In this document: piece by piece, positions 29,584 to 39,850 of the stretch
How positions within the stretch are numbered: the first letter of the stretch is position 1
Layout of the letters: each line of letters starts with the position of its first letter
Origin: a virus
Virus record (IMG/VR): IMGVR_UViG_3300032213_001813
Coordinates: 1-64,000 of that record
Length of the DNA stretch: 64,000 nucleotides
Reading direction: 5' to 3' (one strand)
Made by a program: the position numbers and the translations under genes
Notes under the pieces: generated by a model
The model's database searches: none
Seen by the model: only the letters and a program-made list of their open reading frames with translations
Told to the model about the DNA's origin: nothing

Positions 29584-32088
29584 ATGAATACCAATGCATC
29601 TGGTGATTTAAAGGCAGCTAAAAAAGATTTAAACGATTTAACACAAAAAGAGGTTAAACTTTTAGAAGAGCAAATAAAGTTGGAGGAGAAACTTAGTGAC
29701 CTTCAATCTAAAAAAGATGCTGCTTCTAAAAAACAAATAAAATTAGTAAAAGAAGAATTAGCGGTAATAAAAGAAAAGGTATCCCAAACAGACAATTTAG
29801 TCAAAGCTGCTCAAGAATTAGTAAAAGAAAAGAAAAAAGAATTAGCTATTACTAATTCAATGGGTAAAGAGTTGGCATCTTTGGTACATCATTATCACGA
29901 AATGCCTCAAGAAGTCCAAAAACAAATTGCTGGTGTTAAAAAAATGTCAAATTTGTTTAATGAAGTCCTAGCAACAGTTGCTGAGCAAAAGGCAACAATG
30001 AAATTGGGTAATGCGGAAGATAAAAGAGCAGCAGCAGAAAAATTAGAATTATTTGAAAGTTTAGCACATGAAATAGAACATTCAGCCGAACATGCGGCAG
30101 ATGCTCAACGTGAGTTAAATCAGATGTTATTAAGTGAGTTGGATAAACGAGCACTAATAATAAAAGCTAATACTGAATTGGGTGATGATGAAAAGAAAAG
30201 AGCAATTGCGGCATTACACTATGCTGATTTATTAAATAAAAAAGCAGAAGCACTACACGAAGTACAACACTCAAGTGGGCACATATTCCATGCGATAGAT
30301 GATGATTTACAAAGTTCTGTAAAAGGAGCGGCTTCTTTTGCAAAAACAATGTTTCATGCGGGTGCTGGTGGGGCTCTATTATTGGGTGTATTTACTGCAT
30401 TAGCGGCAGGTGTTCACTCTTTTGTAGAATTAGATGCAGCAGCCGAACAATTTAGAAAAGATACAGGTCTTACTAAAGATAATTTATATGAGGTAGACCA
30501 CACAGTACATGATGTTGAATCTGAATTTAGGGGAATTGGTGTAACTGCAAAAGATGTATATAAGACTGTTGAAGAATTAAAAAATAGATTTGGTGATATA
30601 ACTCACTTTTCAACTGAAACTGTAGCTGCATTATCAGCAATGAACGCTAATTATGGTTTGGTTAATGGTACTGCTGAAAAAGTACAAGCTGTATTTGAGC
30701 AAGTTGGTGGGTTATCATCGGAAACGGCAGCAAATGTTCAAATGCAAGTTGCTGAAATGTCTAAAATGGCTGGTGTATCACCTAAAGAAGTTTTGGATGA
30801 TATGGCAGACAGTGCAGAAGTAACTTCCAAATATTTTCATGGTGATATAAATTTATTAAAACAACAAGTAATACAAGCACATAGATTAGGTACTACATTA
30901 GAAGATGTAGCATCAATTGCTGGAAAGCTTGTTGATTTTGAACAAGGTATTGAAAGTGAATTAAAAGCAGCAACCTTTGTAGGTGGCCAATTTAATCTTG
31001 CTAGAGCTAGAGCATTAGCATTTGAAGGTAAGTTAGTAGAGGCACAAGAAGAAACATTAAAACAATTGCAAAGAAGTGGTGATTTCCGTGATAAGGATAT
31101 GATTACTCAACAAGTATTAGCCGATGCGGCTGGTATGACTGTTGCACAAATCACTAAGCAGTTGGATATGCAAGAAAAAATGTCTCATTTAACTGATGAT
31201 GAGAGAAAAAAAGCAGATGATGCAGTAAAAGCAGGATTGGATTTGAGTAATATTAGTAAAGAAAATTTAAAACAAAAAGTTGATGAATTTAAAAAACAAC
31301 AAGATATAAATGGGCAAATAACTGAAATGAAAAATCAATTTTTAGGTATTGCCGCTCAAGTTGGTGGTGTACTTGCTCCATTATTTAAATCATTGGCACC
31401 TATCTTAGAAGCAGCACTTACTCCTGTTAAATGGATGATAGAAGGTTTTGGTAAAATTGTAGAATTTGCTAAAGAACATAAAGGAATTGCTATTACATTG
31501 GGTACTATAATGGCTAGTATATGGGCATATCAAAAAGCTACTGCATTGTGGGCACAAAAAGATGCATTTTTTAGATTGTTAAGTATAAGAAGAGCAGGTA
31601 TGTTAGCTGCAGTAAGTGCAATATCAAATCCAGCAAAAGCTTTAATAGGTTTAGCCGTAGCGGCAACCGTTGTAGGTGCGGTTTCAAGTTATAGTTCTGG
31701 TGCCGAAGCAGATGGTGGTGCACCTGAAGCACCAGAAACAGTACAAACGGCCGGTGATGTCATATCTCCAGCTAAAGGTAGAACTCAAATATCAACAAAA
31801 GAGGGTGGATTACTCAATCTTTCAAAAAATGATGATGTTTTAGCAGCACCTGGTATGGCATCTAAAATATCAAATTTATCTACCGGTGATAAAGCTTTAT
31901 CTATGTTAGCCGGAGGATTGAATCCCGCTCAAGGTGCATTTAATGTGGCAGTAATTGCTGAATTAAAAGCATTAAGAACTGATATGGGTAGTGGCAAAAT
32001 CGGAGTATATATGGATGGTTCTAAAGTTTCATCTAATTTAAAAAATCAAAGTGATAAAACAAGCAGAAATAACGGTTCATTAGCTTAA
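29584..32088 (+). CDS. Tape measure protein
   Basis: 834-aa helical, Ala/Glu/Lys-rich protein with hydrophobic Gly/Ala segments; position after tube and chaperone; C-terminal IGVYMDGSKV. Confidence 0.8.
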   Translation: MNTNASGDLKAAKKDLNDLTQKEVKLLEEQIKLEEKLSDLQSKKDAASKKQIKLVKEELAVIKEKVSQTDNLVKAAQELVKEKKKELAITNSMGKELASLVHHYHEMPQEVQKQIAGVKKMSNLFNEVLATVAEQKATMKLGNAEDKRAAAEKLELFESLAHEIEHSAEHAADAQRELNQMLLSELDKRALIIKANTELGDDEKKRAIAALHYADLLNKKAEALHEVQHSSGHIFHAIDDDLQSSVKGAASFAKTMFHAGAGGALLLGVFTALAAGVHSFVELDAAAEQFRKDTGLTKDNLYEVDHTVHDVESEFRGIGVTAKDVYKTVEELKNRFGDITHFSTETVAALSAMNANYGLVNGTAEKVQAVFEQVGGLSSETAANVQMQVAEMSKMAGVSPKEVLDDMADSAEVTSKYFHGDINLLKQQVIQAHRLGTTLEDVASIAGKLVDFEQGIESELKAATFVGGQFNLARARALAFEGKLVEAQEETLKQLQRSGDFRDKDMITQQVLADAAGMTVAQITKQLDMQEKMSHLTDDERKKADDAVKAGLDLSNISKENLKQKVDEFKKQQDINGQITEMKNQFLGIAAQVGGVLAPLFKSLAPILEAALTPVKWMIEGFGKIVEFAKEHKGIAITLGTIMASIWAYQKATALWAQKDAFFRLLSIRRAGMLAAVSAISNPAKALIGLAVAATVVGAVSSYSSGAEADGGAPEAPETVQTAGDVISPAKGRTQISTKEGGLLNLSKNDDVLAAPGMASKISNLSTGDKALSMLAGGLNPAQGAFNVAVIAELKALRTDMGSGKIGVYMDGSKVSSNLKNQSDKTSRNNGSLA

Positions 32089-32099
32089 AAATATTAATT

Positions 32100-34016
32100 A
32101 TGCCAACATTATTAGAATTATTTTCGAATAAAAACTTTTTAGGTATGAATTCAAAAATGGATACATATGAAAAAGAAGTTGATGCTCAAATAAAAAAGTT
32201 TAAAGATGATAATGTAGCATCCGATGGTACAAATATACCAGGTCCTATTCGATATTACAACACTGTTCAAATAAAAGGTGGTAAAACTGCGGCATTTATA
32301 TATGATATTAAAAATAGACCTTTATCTAAAATAGATACATCAAATATATTTTTAAAATATACATCTTTTCCAATAGTTAATAAATTAAGAACAAATCCAA
32401 CTTTAGCATCAAAAGACAGCCAAACGGTAGTAGAATCCGAAGTAACGGGATTGAGACCATTACAATTATTTTCAGAACCTGTATTATATGGTACGCAAAT
32501 ACTTACTATAAATAAACAGCAAAGTAATTCTGTAAGAAAAATGAATCTTGGTACAATGTCGTTTGAAGAAGCCCAAGAAGCAAAAATATTAAACCCCAAA
32601 AAATATACACCAAGTAATCTTTGGTTATTAAACGATTTTAGAACTGGAAAAATTGAAGAGTATCCTAAATTATTTTCTAAATTAAATGGCACTCCTAATT
32701 TATTACTAAATTTACTAACAAAACCTGTTAGTACTGTAAAAAGTTTAGTAAGAGAAGCAATTTTACCAAAGCAAAAAGCAAGTTCACCTATACCATCTCG
32801 TATTCCTGAAAATTTACCGGATGATGCATATAGTAAAAAAGTAGATAAAACAAATGCAGATGAATATAAACGTAATGACTTAGGTTCAAAATTGGTTACA
32901 TTGGAAGTATTGCAAAATTTTACTCTTGGACCGGATGGATTTGTAACCGCATCACCTAAAAAGAAAGAAAAAATAAAATATTCGGATTCTAGAAACGCAA
33001 TAATAAAAAATTTACAAATTGAAGATAAAAGAGGAATTAAAGATGGAAGTGATATAATTAACTCAAAAGGTGTATATACGCCATCTGAATTTGTAAATAA
33101 TACATTAGAATTAAAAGATAAAACAATTTTAGATGATTATGATTTTATTACATTAAAATTCTTTTCCGTTCAAACAAGAAAAGCAGCTAATTTTAGAGCA
33201 ACTATAAATGGATTAAGTGAAACATTTACACCAACTTGGGAAAGTAGTAAATTTGTTGGAAATCCATTTAATTTTTATACATATAGTGGTGTTGAACGTA
33301 GCGTTACATTTAATTTTATTGTTTATTCACTAAATGATTCAGAGCATATAGCAGCTTGGCAACGATTATCATTTTTATCATCTTTGGCATATTCACAAGG
33401 ATTTATAAACAATTATTCAATTCCACCTTTTATTAAATTTACGTTAGGTGATATGTACAAAAATAAACCGGCATTTATAGAATCATTAACTTATACTGTT
33501 CCTGATGATTCTACTTGGGAAATTGGTTTAGGGCAGGAAAGCAATCGTTACGCTAATGGTACAGTATATGGGCAAACTATTGAAAATAAAAATACAAAAG
33601 ATGCAAAATTGCCAAAAGTAATAGAAGTTGCAATTACACTTAAATTAGTTGAATCTCAAGATAGTGTATATGAAGTAACAACTGTTAAGGATAGTAATGG
33701 TGCAGAATTTACCGAAGCAAAAGAAAACAAAAATTTATACGGATATAAAAGTACATTAATTCCACCCAAGCCAACAATACAAGCAAATGGAGCTGATAAA
33801 AATGTAGATACATCCAAAAATACCGATAATACTAGCAAAGCAGGTGCTCTTGGTTCATCTACAACTGATAACACAAATGGAGCTAAATTTAAACCAAAAG
33901 AAGATTCGGTACTCAAAGATTCTGTAACTGGTGAACCTTCGGATGTTCCTGCTACAAAATCTATAAAAAATGATTCGGAATTTGATACTGGTACTGCAGC
34001 TGAAAGAACACCATAA
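32100..34016 (+). CDS. Baseplate tail-tube initiator/cap-like protein (gp48/gp54-like)
   Basis: FRATINGLSETFTPTW..KFVGNPFNFYTYSGVERSVTFNF and IKFTLGDMY motifs; position after the tape measure gene. Confidence 0.6.
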   Translation: MPTLLELFSNKNFLGMNSKMDTYEKEVDAQIKKFKDDNVASDGTNIPGPIRYYNTVQIKGGKTAAFIYDIKNRPLSKIDTSNIFLKYTSFPIVNKLRTNPTLASKDSQTVVESEVTGLRPLQLFSEPVLYGTQILTINKQQSNSVRKMNLGTMSFEEAQEAKILNPKKYTPSNLWLLNDFRTGKIEEYPKLFSKLNGTPNLLLNLLTKPVSTVKSLVREAILPKQKASSPIPSRIPENLPDDAYSKKVDKTNADEYKRNDLGSKLVTLEVLQNFTLGPDGFVTASPKKKEKIKYSDSRNAIIKNLQIEDKRGIKDGSDIINSKGVYTPSEFVNNTLELKDKTILDDYDFITLKFFSVQTRKAANFRATINGLSETFTPTWESSKFVGNPFNFYTYSGVERSVTFNFIVYSLNDSEHIAAWQRLSFLSSLAYSQGFINNYSIPPFIKFTLGDMYKNKPAFIESLTYTVPDDSTWEIGLGQESNRYANGTVYGQTIENKNTKDAKLPKVIEVAITLKLVESQDSVYEVTTVKDSNGAEFTEAKENKNLYGYKSTLIPPKPTIQANGADKNVDTSKNTDNTSKAGALGSSTTDNTNGAKFKPKEDSVLKDSVTGEPSDVPATKSIKNDSEFDTGTAAERTP

Positions 34017-34045
34017 AAATATACTAAACTCTAACATTAAAAAAA

Positions 34046-34318
34046 ATGAGTAGATACCAAAATAATGAAATAAAAAAAACAAATGATGGTAGGAGTGTGT
34101 ATAGAACAACAATATACCCAAATATTCCACTATCTGATGCTGATATTTATATAGCAACTGAAACTGGTGATAGACTTGATACATTAGCTTATCAATTTTA
34201 TAATGATGCTTCTTTGTGGTGGGTAATTGCATCTGCTAATAATATACATAATGCAGTATTTGGTTTACCTGATGGAACTGTACTTAGAATACCAAAAAAT
34301 TTTAATCCAAACATATAG
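34046..34318 (+). CDS. LysM-fold baseplate protein (gp53/tail X-like)
   Basis: GDRLDTLAYQFYNDASLWWVIASANNI...GTVLRIP. Confidence 0.8.
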   Translation: MSRYQNNEIKKTNDGRSVYRTTIYPNIPLSDADIYIATETGDRLDTLAYQFYNDASLWWVIASANNIHNAVFGLPDGTVLRIPKNFNPNI

Positions 34319-34320
34319 TT

Positions 34321-37047
34321 ATGTATCCTCAATTATCCGATATTGAACCAAAAATTGCTCAAAAAATTAGAAAACGAGCAACGGATTTAAATTCATTTCC
34401 AAATACAAACGATTCTAGCAATCCATCCAATTTACAAGTATGGATAAGACTTGTGTCTGGTGCTGTAATAAAGGATGGTGATGAGGGATTGATATTAGAA
34501 TCAATACCTAATAAACAATCTGTGTTTTTTGAAACGGCTGGGCAAATGAGTAAATATGGTGGTAGTAGTTTTGATAAAAATTCACCTAGAAGTGGAACTA
34601 TTGGTAAAAATTTAAATAATGCTCTTGTAGGTACATCAACCATAGGAAGTGATACGAATACAGAAAGAAATTTAAGACCATCTCCTGTAATAACTGCATT
34701 AACTATAAAAGAAGGTAAGGACCAAATATCAAGAGAATGTACACTTAATATAACTTGTTTTACATTAGCACAGTTGGAAAAATTACAAACGTATTGTATG
34801 GAACCTGGTTATAGTTTGTACATTGAATATGGTTGGAATACCGACTCTGCATATTTTCAATCAATTCAAAATGATTCAACCGTAACGGATTCCGATAGTA
34901 CAATAAACGCAGCTTGTAAGCGTGGTTTAAATTACGAACATCTACATAAAATAAGATTGGAATCTGGTGGTGAATTTGATTGTTTTTTAGGATTTATTGT
35001 TGGGGGTACTGTTGTTACGGAAAATGAAAACTTTAACATAACCATAAATTTAAGAGGAGCACCATCACTACCAACATTTTTACAAGGACATCATAAAATT
35101 CAAAAAAAATCACCAAACGCAGCAATCGAACAGCAAATAATTGAAGTTGCAAAAACTTTAACTTATGATAACGCAACTTTAACAACCGAAACACTAACAC
35201 CAGTTCAAAGAAGATTTCGTTATATGTTTAATTCATTACCACCTCAAAGACAAACATTAGAAGTTAGAAACTTAGAATCTAAAGTAAAATATACCGATTT
35301 TGTAAATTTTGACCCATTAATTTCTAAAAAAATAGTAGAATATACAGACGTTACTGCATTTGAAGCAGTTCAAGAATTTTTAAATTGGGGACAAGGTAAT
35401 AATATAAGATTAAAACCATCGGCTGGTGTTGATATTAGTATAAGTAAAGATAAACTATTTTCACACAACAGATACATACGATTTGGACTTGCGGTAGATA
35501 TATTAAATGCAAATAATAAAATAATGGCTTTGTTAATGGGTAATGAAAAAGCTCCATTTAGAATTAATATAAACAATAGCATAATAGGTGCATTTCCTTA
35601 TATATTTTCAACTAATCCTCAAAAATTAATTATAACGGGTGGTTTGCCTGATTTTAGTACTTATTTTTTAAATCCAAGTAAAGTTGTTCAAGGATATACT
35701 TCTACAAGCGGTGGTAAAACAACTATGAACGCTGAAACTTTATTAGTAGATTCGGTACAATATCCACCTACATTAAACGCAGCTGGACCAGCTGGTAGTG
35801 ATGAAGCTATTATTTTTGTAGAATCAAACGAATTAAATGGTAATACACCAGGAAATATTAATACTAGTGGTAAGACACGATATAATGAAGATGCTAAATA
35901 TTGGGGTTATTTAAAAAATTTATATGTAAACTTTGATATGTTTATTGAAAAAATGACACAACCAAATAAACTTGTGGGTGAAGTTTTATTAGATATATTA
36001 AAATCAATGTCTACTGCTGTAAACGGATTTTGGAATTTTCAATTAGTTGAAGATAAAGATAAAGATGGAAATGTAATAATAACCGTAATTGATGAGCATT
36101 TTATAGGAAAGCCAGCAGATAAAAAAAGAGAAGAATTTGCAAATAATGGAATAACTTCACCATTTTTAGAAAATAATTTAGATATATCAATCCCAGCGGA
36201 TATGGCTAATAAAATTATTATGAATAGATTATCTTTTCTTGTAAATCCTGAAGGTTCATCGTTATCAGGAAGACCTAGTAGTTTTTTTAATTCAAAAACT
36301 GATTTATTTTTGAAAAAAGTTCAAAATGTAAATACTAAAGAAATTGAAGATAGTGAATCCAAACCAGCGGAAGAAGATGAAGATAAAAATGCTAAATTGG
36401 AAAGAACAAGAGCAGAATTTAAAGAAGCTGTAAAACAATATAACGATTTTATTGCTAAATATGGTGCTGGTAACTTTAGAGAACCAGAATATAGAGCTGT
36501 ATTGGATGAAGCTAGAAATGCATATAAAGCAGCTGGTGGAAAGACTGAAGGTACTGATATTTTTGGTATATCAAAAGGTGAAGGTGGTGCTGATAAGGAA
36601 CTTCAAGCAGAAATAGCAGCAGAGTATAAAAGTACATTTGATACAAATATGACTAAAATAGATGTACTACCAAAATGTAGTCTATTTAATATAAAAAGTG
36701 TTGAAGATTCATATGTTACTAACATAGATAAATTTAAAGAAGTGTTTCAAGTATTTGTATTAAAAGACCAAGCTTATTTTGATGTACTTAAACAAAATGC
36801 ATTTGCAGTAAGAGTTAAAAACAATTCAAATGGAGAAAAGCAGGGGTTGGGTGTACCAATGCCAATAAAATATAGTTTTAAAACAATAGGTGTTAGTGGA
36901 CTTAGAAGAGGAGATATGTTTAATATAATTGGTATTCCAAGTAAATACAAAAATAATGGTTTATTTCAAATAACTGAAATAGAGCAAACAATTTCTGATA
37001 TGAAATGGGAAACTAATGTAATTGGTGAATATAGAGCTTACGTTTAA
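34321..37047 (+). CDS. Baseplate hub-like protein
   Basis: LRPSPVITALTIK, MEPGYSLYIEYGW, and C-terminal GVSGLRRGDMFNIIGIP..Y...GLFQITEIEQTI..WET; follows the LysM gene. Confidence 0.6.
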   Translation: MYPQLSDIEPKIAQKIRKRATDLNSFPNTNDSSNPSNLQVWIRLVSGAVIKDGDEGLILESIPNKQSVFFETAGQMSKYGGSSFDKNSPRSGTIGKNLNNALVGTSTIGSDTNTERNLRPSPVITALTIKEGKDQISRECTLNITCFTLAQLEKLQTYCMEPGYSLYIEYGWNTDSAYFQSIQNDSTVTDSDSTINAACKRGLNYEHLHKIRLESGGEFDCFLGFIVGGTVVTENENFNITINLRGAPSLPTFLQGHHKIQKKSPNAAIEQQIIEVAKTLTYDNATLTTETLTPVQRRFRYMFNSLPPQRQTLEVRNLESKVKYTDFVNFDPLISKKIVEYTDVTAFEAVQEFLNWGQGNNIRLKPSAGVDISISKDKLFSHNRYIRFGLAVDILNANNKIMALLMGNEKAPFRININNSIIGAFPYIFSTNPQKLIITGGLPDFSTYFLNPSKVVQGYTSTSGGKTTMNAETLLVDSVQYPPTLNAAGPAGSDEAIIFVESNELNGNTPGNINTSGKTRYNEDAKYWGYLKNLYVNFDMFIEKMTQPNKLVGEVLLDILKSMSTAVNGFWNFQLVEDKDKDGNVIITVIDEHFIGKPADKKREEFANNGITSPFLENNLDISIPADMANKIIMNRLSFLVNPEGSSLSGRPSSFFNSKTDLFLKKVQNVNTKEIEDSESKPAEEDEDKNAKLERTRAEFKEAVKQYNDFIAKYGAGNFREPEYRAVLDEARNAYKAAGGKTEGTDIFGISKGEGGADKELQAEIAAEYKSTFDTNMTKIDVLPKCSLFNIKSVEDSYVTNIDKFKEVFQVFVLKDQAYFDVLKQNAFAVRVKNNSNGEKQGLGVPMPIKYSFKTIGVSGLRRGDMFNIIGIPSKYKNNGLFQITEIEQTISDMKWETNVIGEYRAYV

Positions 37048-37049
37048 TT

Positions 37050-37421
37050 ATGGCAATTGATATACTTACATTTGGGAGATTGTTTAAGGAAGATACTTCA
37101 ATTTATAAAAGAAGTGTAAAAACTTATTTTCCAAACCCAGAAATAAATTCATATAACAAAGGATATATTATTAGATATTTTTTACAAAAATCAAATGATT
37201 CCGATTCATATGTATATGAAGTAGAACAAACTTTATTTGATGAATTCTCAAACAATCCATTTTATAAGTGTGTTACGTTAACATGGAGATTAACGGGTAG
37301 TGTAGATGAAGTTATAGAATCTAATAGAATTTCATTACAAATTGCATGTGAACAATTACCTGCTCTAAAATTATACCTACCAAATTTTTTACAATTTCAC
37401 AAAGAATATTTGGAAAAGTAA
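37050..37421 (+). CDS. Hypothetical protein, probably structural
   Basis: 123-aa ORF closely coupled to the hub gene. Confidence 0.55.
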   Translation: MAIDILTFGRLFKEDTSIYKRSVKTYFPNPEINSYNKGYIIRYFLQKSNDSDSYVYEVEQTLFDEFSNNPFYKCVTLTWRLTGSVDEVIESNRISLQIACEQLPALKLYLPNFLQFHKEYLEK

Positions 37422-37440
37422 AAAATTTATTGTATATTTG
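37409..37440 (+). promoter_or_regulatory. Bacteroidota sigma-A-type promoter for tmRNA
   Basis: TTTG (37409-12), 20-nt spacer, TATATTTG (37433-40). Confidence 0.75.
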
Positions 37441-37459
37441 TAAAAGTTCTTTAAAATAT

Positions 37460-37839
37460 GGGGATGACCGGCTTTTGACAGGTATGAAGACTGGTTGTAT
37501 TGATGCAAGTAAGGTTAGATGGAAACCTTTGAAGACCTATCAAACAATAAGTGCAGACGTAGAATTATCTACAATGACTTTCGGAGATGCTATGGCATGG
37601 ATGGAGTCTTTCGATTACGCAGTAGCTGCCTAATCAATCCCGTATCACTCATGGGATTTAAAAAGAAGTGAATGTTTAAGTTTACCGAAACTTTAAATCG
37701 GTTGGTGGAATCTGCTGAATTAACCATTCGGCCCCAATTCTTTTGGAGTGTTAGTAAGATAAAACACTATCCTAAACTTGTGAACGATTTACATTAGAAA
37801 CTTATCTGGACGCGGGTTCGAATCCCGCCATCTCCACCA
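37460..37839 (+). ncRNA. ssrA: tmRNA (380 nt)
   Basis: 5' GGGGATG pairs with 3' CATCTCC-ACCA including the G3-U Ala identity pair; T-arm GCGGGTTCGAATCCCGC; internal tag frame 37553-37633 ends YAVAA-stop. Confidence 0.95.
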
Positions 37840-37840
37840 C

Positions 37841-37876
37841 TCCCACTTTTCCATTTGGATTTGTGGGATTTTTTTT
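37841..37876 (+). terminator. Intrinsic terminator after tmRNA
   Basis: TCCCAC...GTGGGA hairpin followed by T8; overlaps the next promoter. Confidence 0.75.
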
Positions 37877-37885
37877 GTATCTTTG
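37854..37885 (+). promoter_or_regulatory. Bacteroidota-type promoter for PolA-like gene
   Basis: TTTG-N20-TATCTTTG, with the ATG 4 nt downstream. Confidence 0.7.
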
Positions 37886-37889
37886 TAAA

Positions 37890-39176
37890 ATGAAAGTTAT
37901 AGAATCCGTAGAGGAAGTAAATTGGTTGAAAGCTAGGCTGGAAACCGAAATATCTATATGGTATCCACTATGGGTTGATAACTCAAAGCATCCTCTTCAC
38001 ACTAATCTTTCCCTTATACTGATACGATGTTTAGATGAGTTGTATGTTTTACCAATTCAACACGCAGATGCGCTTACAATCAAAGTATCGGATGTTAAAT
38101 CAATACTAAATACCAAGGGGAAGAAGTGGGTATTTCAAAAGAAGAAAATATTGCACTCTCTCCACATTTCGGTAAATCTATATGATGTAGATTCGGAATA
38201 CTTTATAAGGACAGGTGAGGTAATCGACTATGACGGGGCTTTAAATCCTCTCTTATCAACGCTAACTCATAAAGGGTATAGAGATAACTTAATACAATCA
38301 ATTCCTCTAATGAAGATTGTGGAAGTAATAGAACCACAATTCCTAAAATATCATTCCAATAATTCAGATTCTAATACATATCAATGGTACAATGAAACAT
38401 TCATACCTACACTTTCAGAAATGGAGGGATATGGGATTCGGGTCGATAGGAAAAAATTTACTGATAGATGGAATCAAGCTATTAGACATTTGACAGATGA
38501 TAGTAAAGTGTTTACGGAATACAATCCATTTACGGTAACAGGTAGACCATCAAATCGACATGGTGGTGTAAACTATGCCGCTCTCAATAAATCGGATGGT
38601 AGTAGGGAGTGTTTCGTTTCCGATGGGATATTCCTACAAATGGATTATAACGCATACCACCCACGACTAATTGGTAAGTTGATTAAGTTTGATATGCCGG
38701 ATGGGAATGTACATGAGTGGTTAGCCAAACAATATGGTTGTGATGTGAATGAGGGTAAGGGTATTACATTCCAATTATTATATGGGGGAATTGATGATAC
38801 GTTCCGTCAAATCCCATATCTAAACGCAGTGGCTGATTACATAGATGGATTATGGATTGAAACACAACAAAACGGATACCTACAAACCAAATATCGTAGA
38901 ATACCCCTAAGTTGGATAGAGGGTTCAAATCCACAAAAAGTATTTAACTATCTCCTACAAGCCTTAGAAACTGAAATGAACATTGATAAGATGAGGAAGA
39001 TATTGGATTATATTAAGGGTAGTGAAATCCGTTTTATCTTATATACTTATGATTCGTTCCTTTTTGATGTTCCTATGGATGTGGATAAGAATAAGATTAA
39101 GGATTTGAAAGAAATGATTGAAGAGGGTGGGTTTCCAATCAAAGCAAGTTGGGGTTTGGATTATGGAAAAGTGTAG
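37890..39176 (+). CDS. Short, divergent family A DNA polymerase-like protein (428 aa)
   Basis: TGRPSN, motif A DYNAYHPR, motif B KGITFQLLYGG, FNYLLQALETE, motif C YTYDSF. ATG 37890 is preferred over the track start at 37863. Confidence 0.8.
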   Translation: MKVIESVEEVNWLKARLETEISIWYPLWVDNSKHPLHTNLSLILIRCLDELYVLPIQHADALTIKVSDVKSILNTKGKKWVFQKKKILHSLHISVNLYDVDSEYFIRTGEVIDYDGALNPLLSTLTHKGYRDNLIQSIPLMKIVEVIEPQFLKYHSNNSDSNTYQWYNETFIPTLSEMEGYGIRVDRKKFTDRWNQAIRHLTDDSKVFTEYNPFTVTGRPSNRHGGVNYAALNKSDGSRECFVSDGIFLQMDYNAYHPRLIGKLIKFDMPDGNVHEWLAKQYGCDVNEGKGITFQLLYGGIDDTFRQIPYLNAVADYIDGLWIETQQNGYLQTKYRRIPLSWIEGSNPQKVFNYLLQALETEMNIDKMRKILDYIKGSEIRFILYTYDSFLFDVPMDVDKNKIKDLKEMIEEGGFPIKASWGLDYGKV

Positions 39177-39183
39177 AAAACCA

Positions 39184-39191
39184 TATTTATA
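39184..39191 (+). promoter_or_regulatory. TATTTATA candidate late promoter
   Basis: 26 nt before ATG 39218. Confidence 0.5.
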
Positions 39192-39217
39192 GTATATACA
39201 AAACAATACTATAACAT

Positions 39218-39847
39218 ATGAAAAAATTAGGTTTATCTCTATTGTTCTTATTTACTTTAATTGTTGTAAGAGCACAAGACATTGTAGTAATAAAACATAC
39301 AAATTACACAACACACTTTAGTAAATCAAAAAGATACCCAGTATTAGTACAATGGGAAACAACAAAAGCAATGGTAGGTTGTCCAACTCCCCTAAAAAGA
39401 AAGGATAACTTTAAGCCAGACCCACAATTGGTAGATGAAACTAATATTGCATTTTATTATGTAAAGAGTGGGTACGATAGAGGACACGTAATGCCGGCAG
39501 CAGATAATCTTTGCCAAACACAAGCGGTGCAGGATGAATGTTTCTACTTTAGTAATATGGTAGCACAAACACATAGATTGAATGCCGGAGATTGGAAATC
39601 ATTAGAAACTGCAACAAGAGATTGGGCATTAATTGCTTCAAAAGTAAGAGTATGGAGTGGTTCGGTTGGAGAACAAAAGAAAATAGGATTAGTATCAGTT
39701 CCTACTCAATGTTGGAAAGTAGTTCAGGTGGCAGGAAAGTGGCATGCATATTTATTCAACAATGATTTATCTAACCCAGATGGATTTCAAAATAACGAAG
39801 TACCTTTAGCACAAATAGAAAAATTGACTGGTTTCAAATTTAAGTAA
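39218..39847 (+). CDS. DNA/RNA non-specific endonuclease (NucA/EndoG family) with signal peptide
   Basis: YDRGHVMPAAD, FYFSNMVAQ...LNAGDWKSLE; N-terminal MKKLGLSLLFLFTLIVVRA|QD. Confidence 0.85.
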   Translation: MKKLGLSLLFLFTLIVVRAQDIVVIKHTNYTTHFSKSKRYPVLVQWETTKAMVGCPTPLKRKDNFKPDPQLVDETNIAFYYVKSGYDRGHVMPAADNLCQTQAVQDECFYFSNMVAQTHRLNAGDWKSLETATRDWALIASKVRVWSGSVGEQKKIGLVSVPTQCWKVVQVAGKWHAYLFNNDLSNPDGFQNNEVPLAQIEKLTGFKFK

Positions 39848-39850
39848 AAT

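Noticed and set aside
37430-37633. 67-aa ORF in the track
   Set aside because: It is the tmRNA tag reading frame extended upstream into the tRNA-like domain, not an independent gene.
37808-37839. tRNA-like T-arm with CCA end
   Set aside because: It is the 3' half of the tmRNA; there is no anticodon arm. No stand-alone tRNA was noticed in the window.
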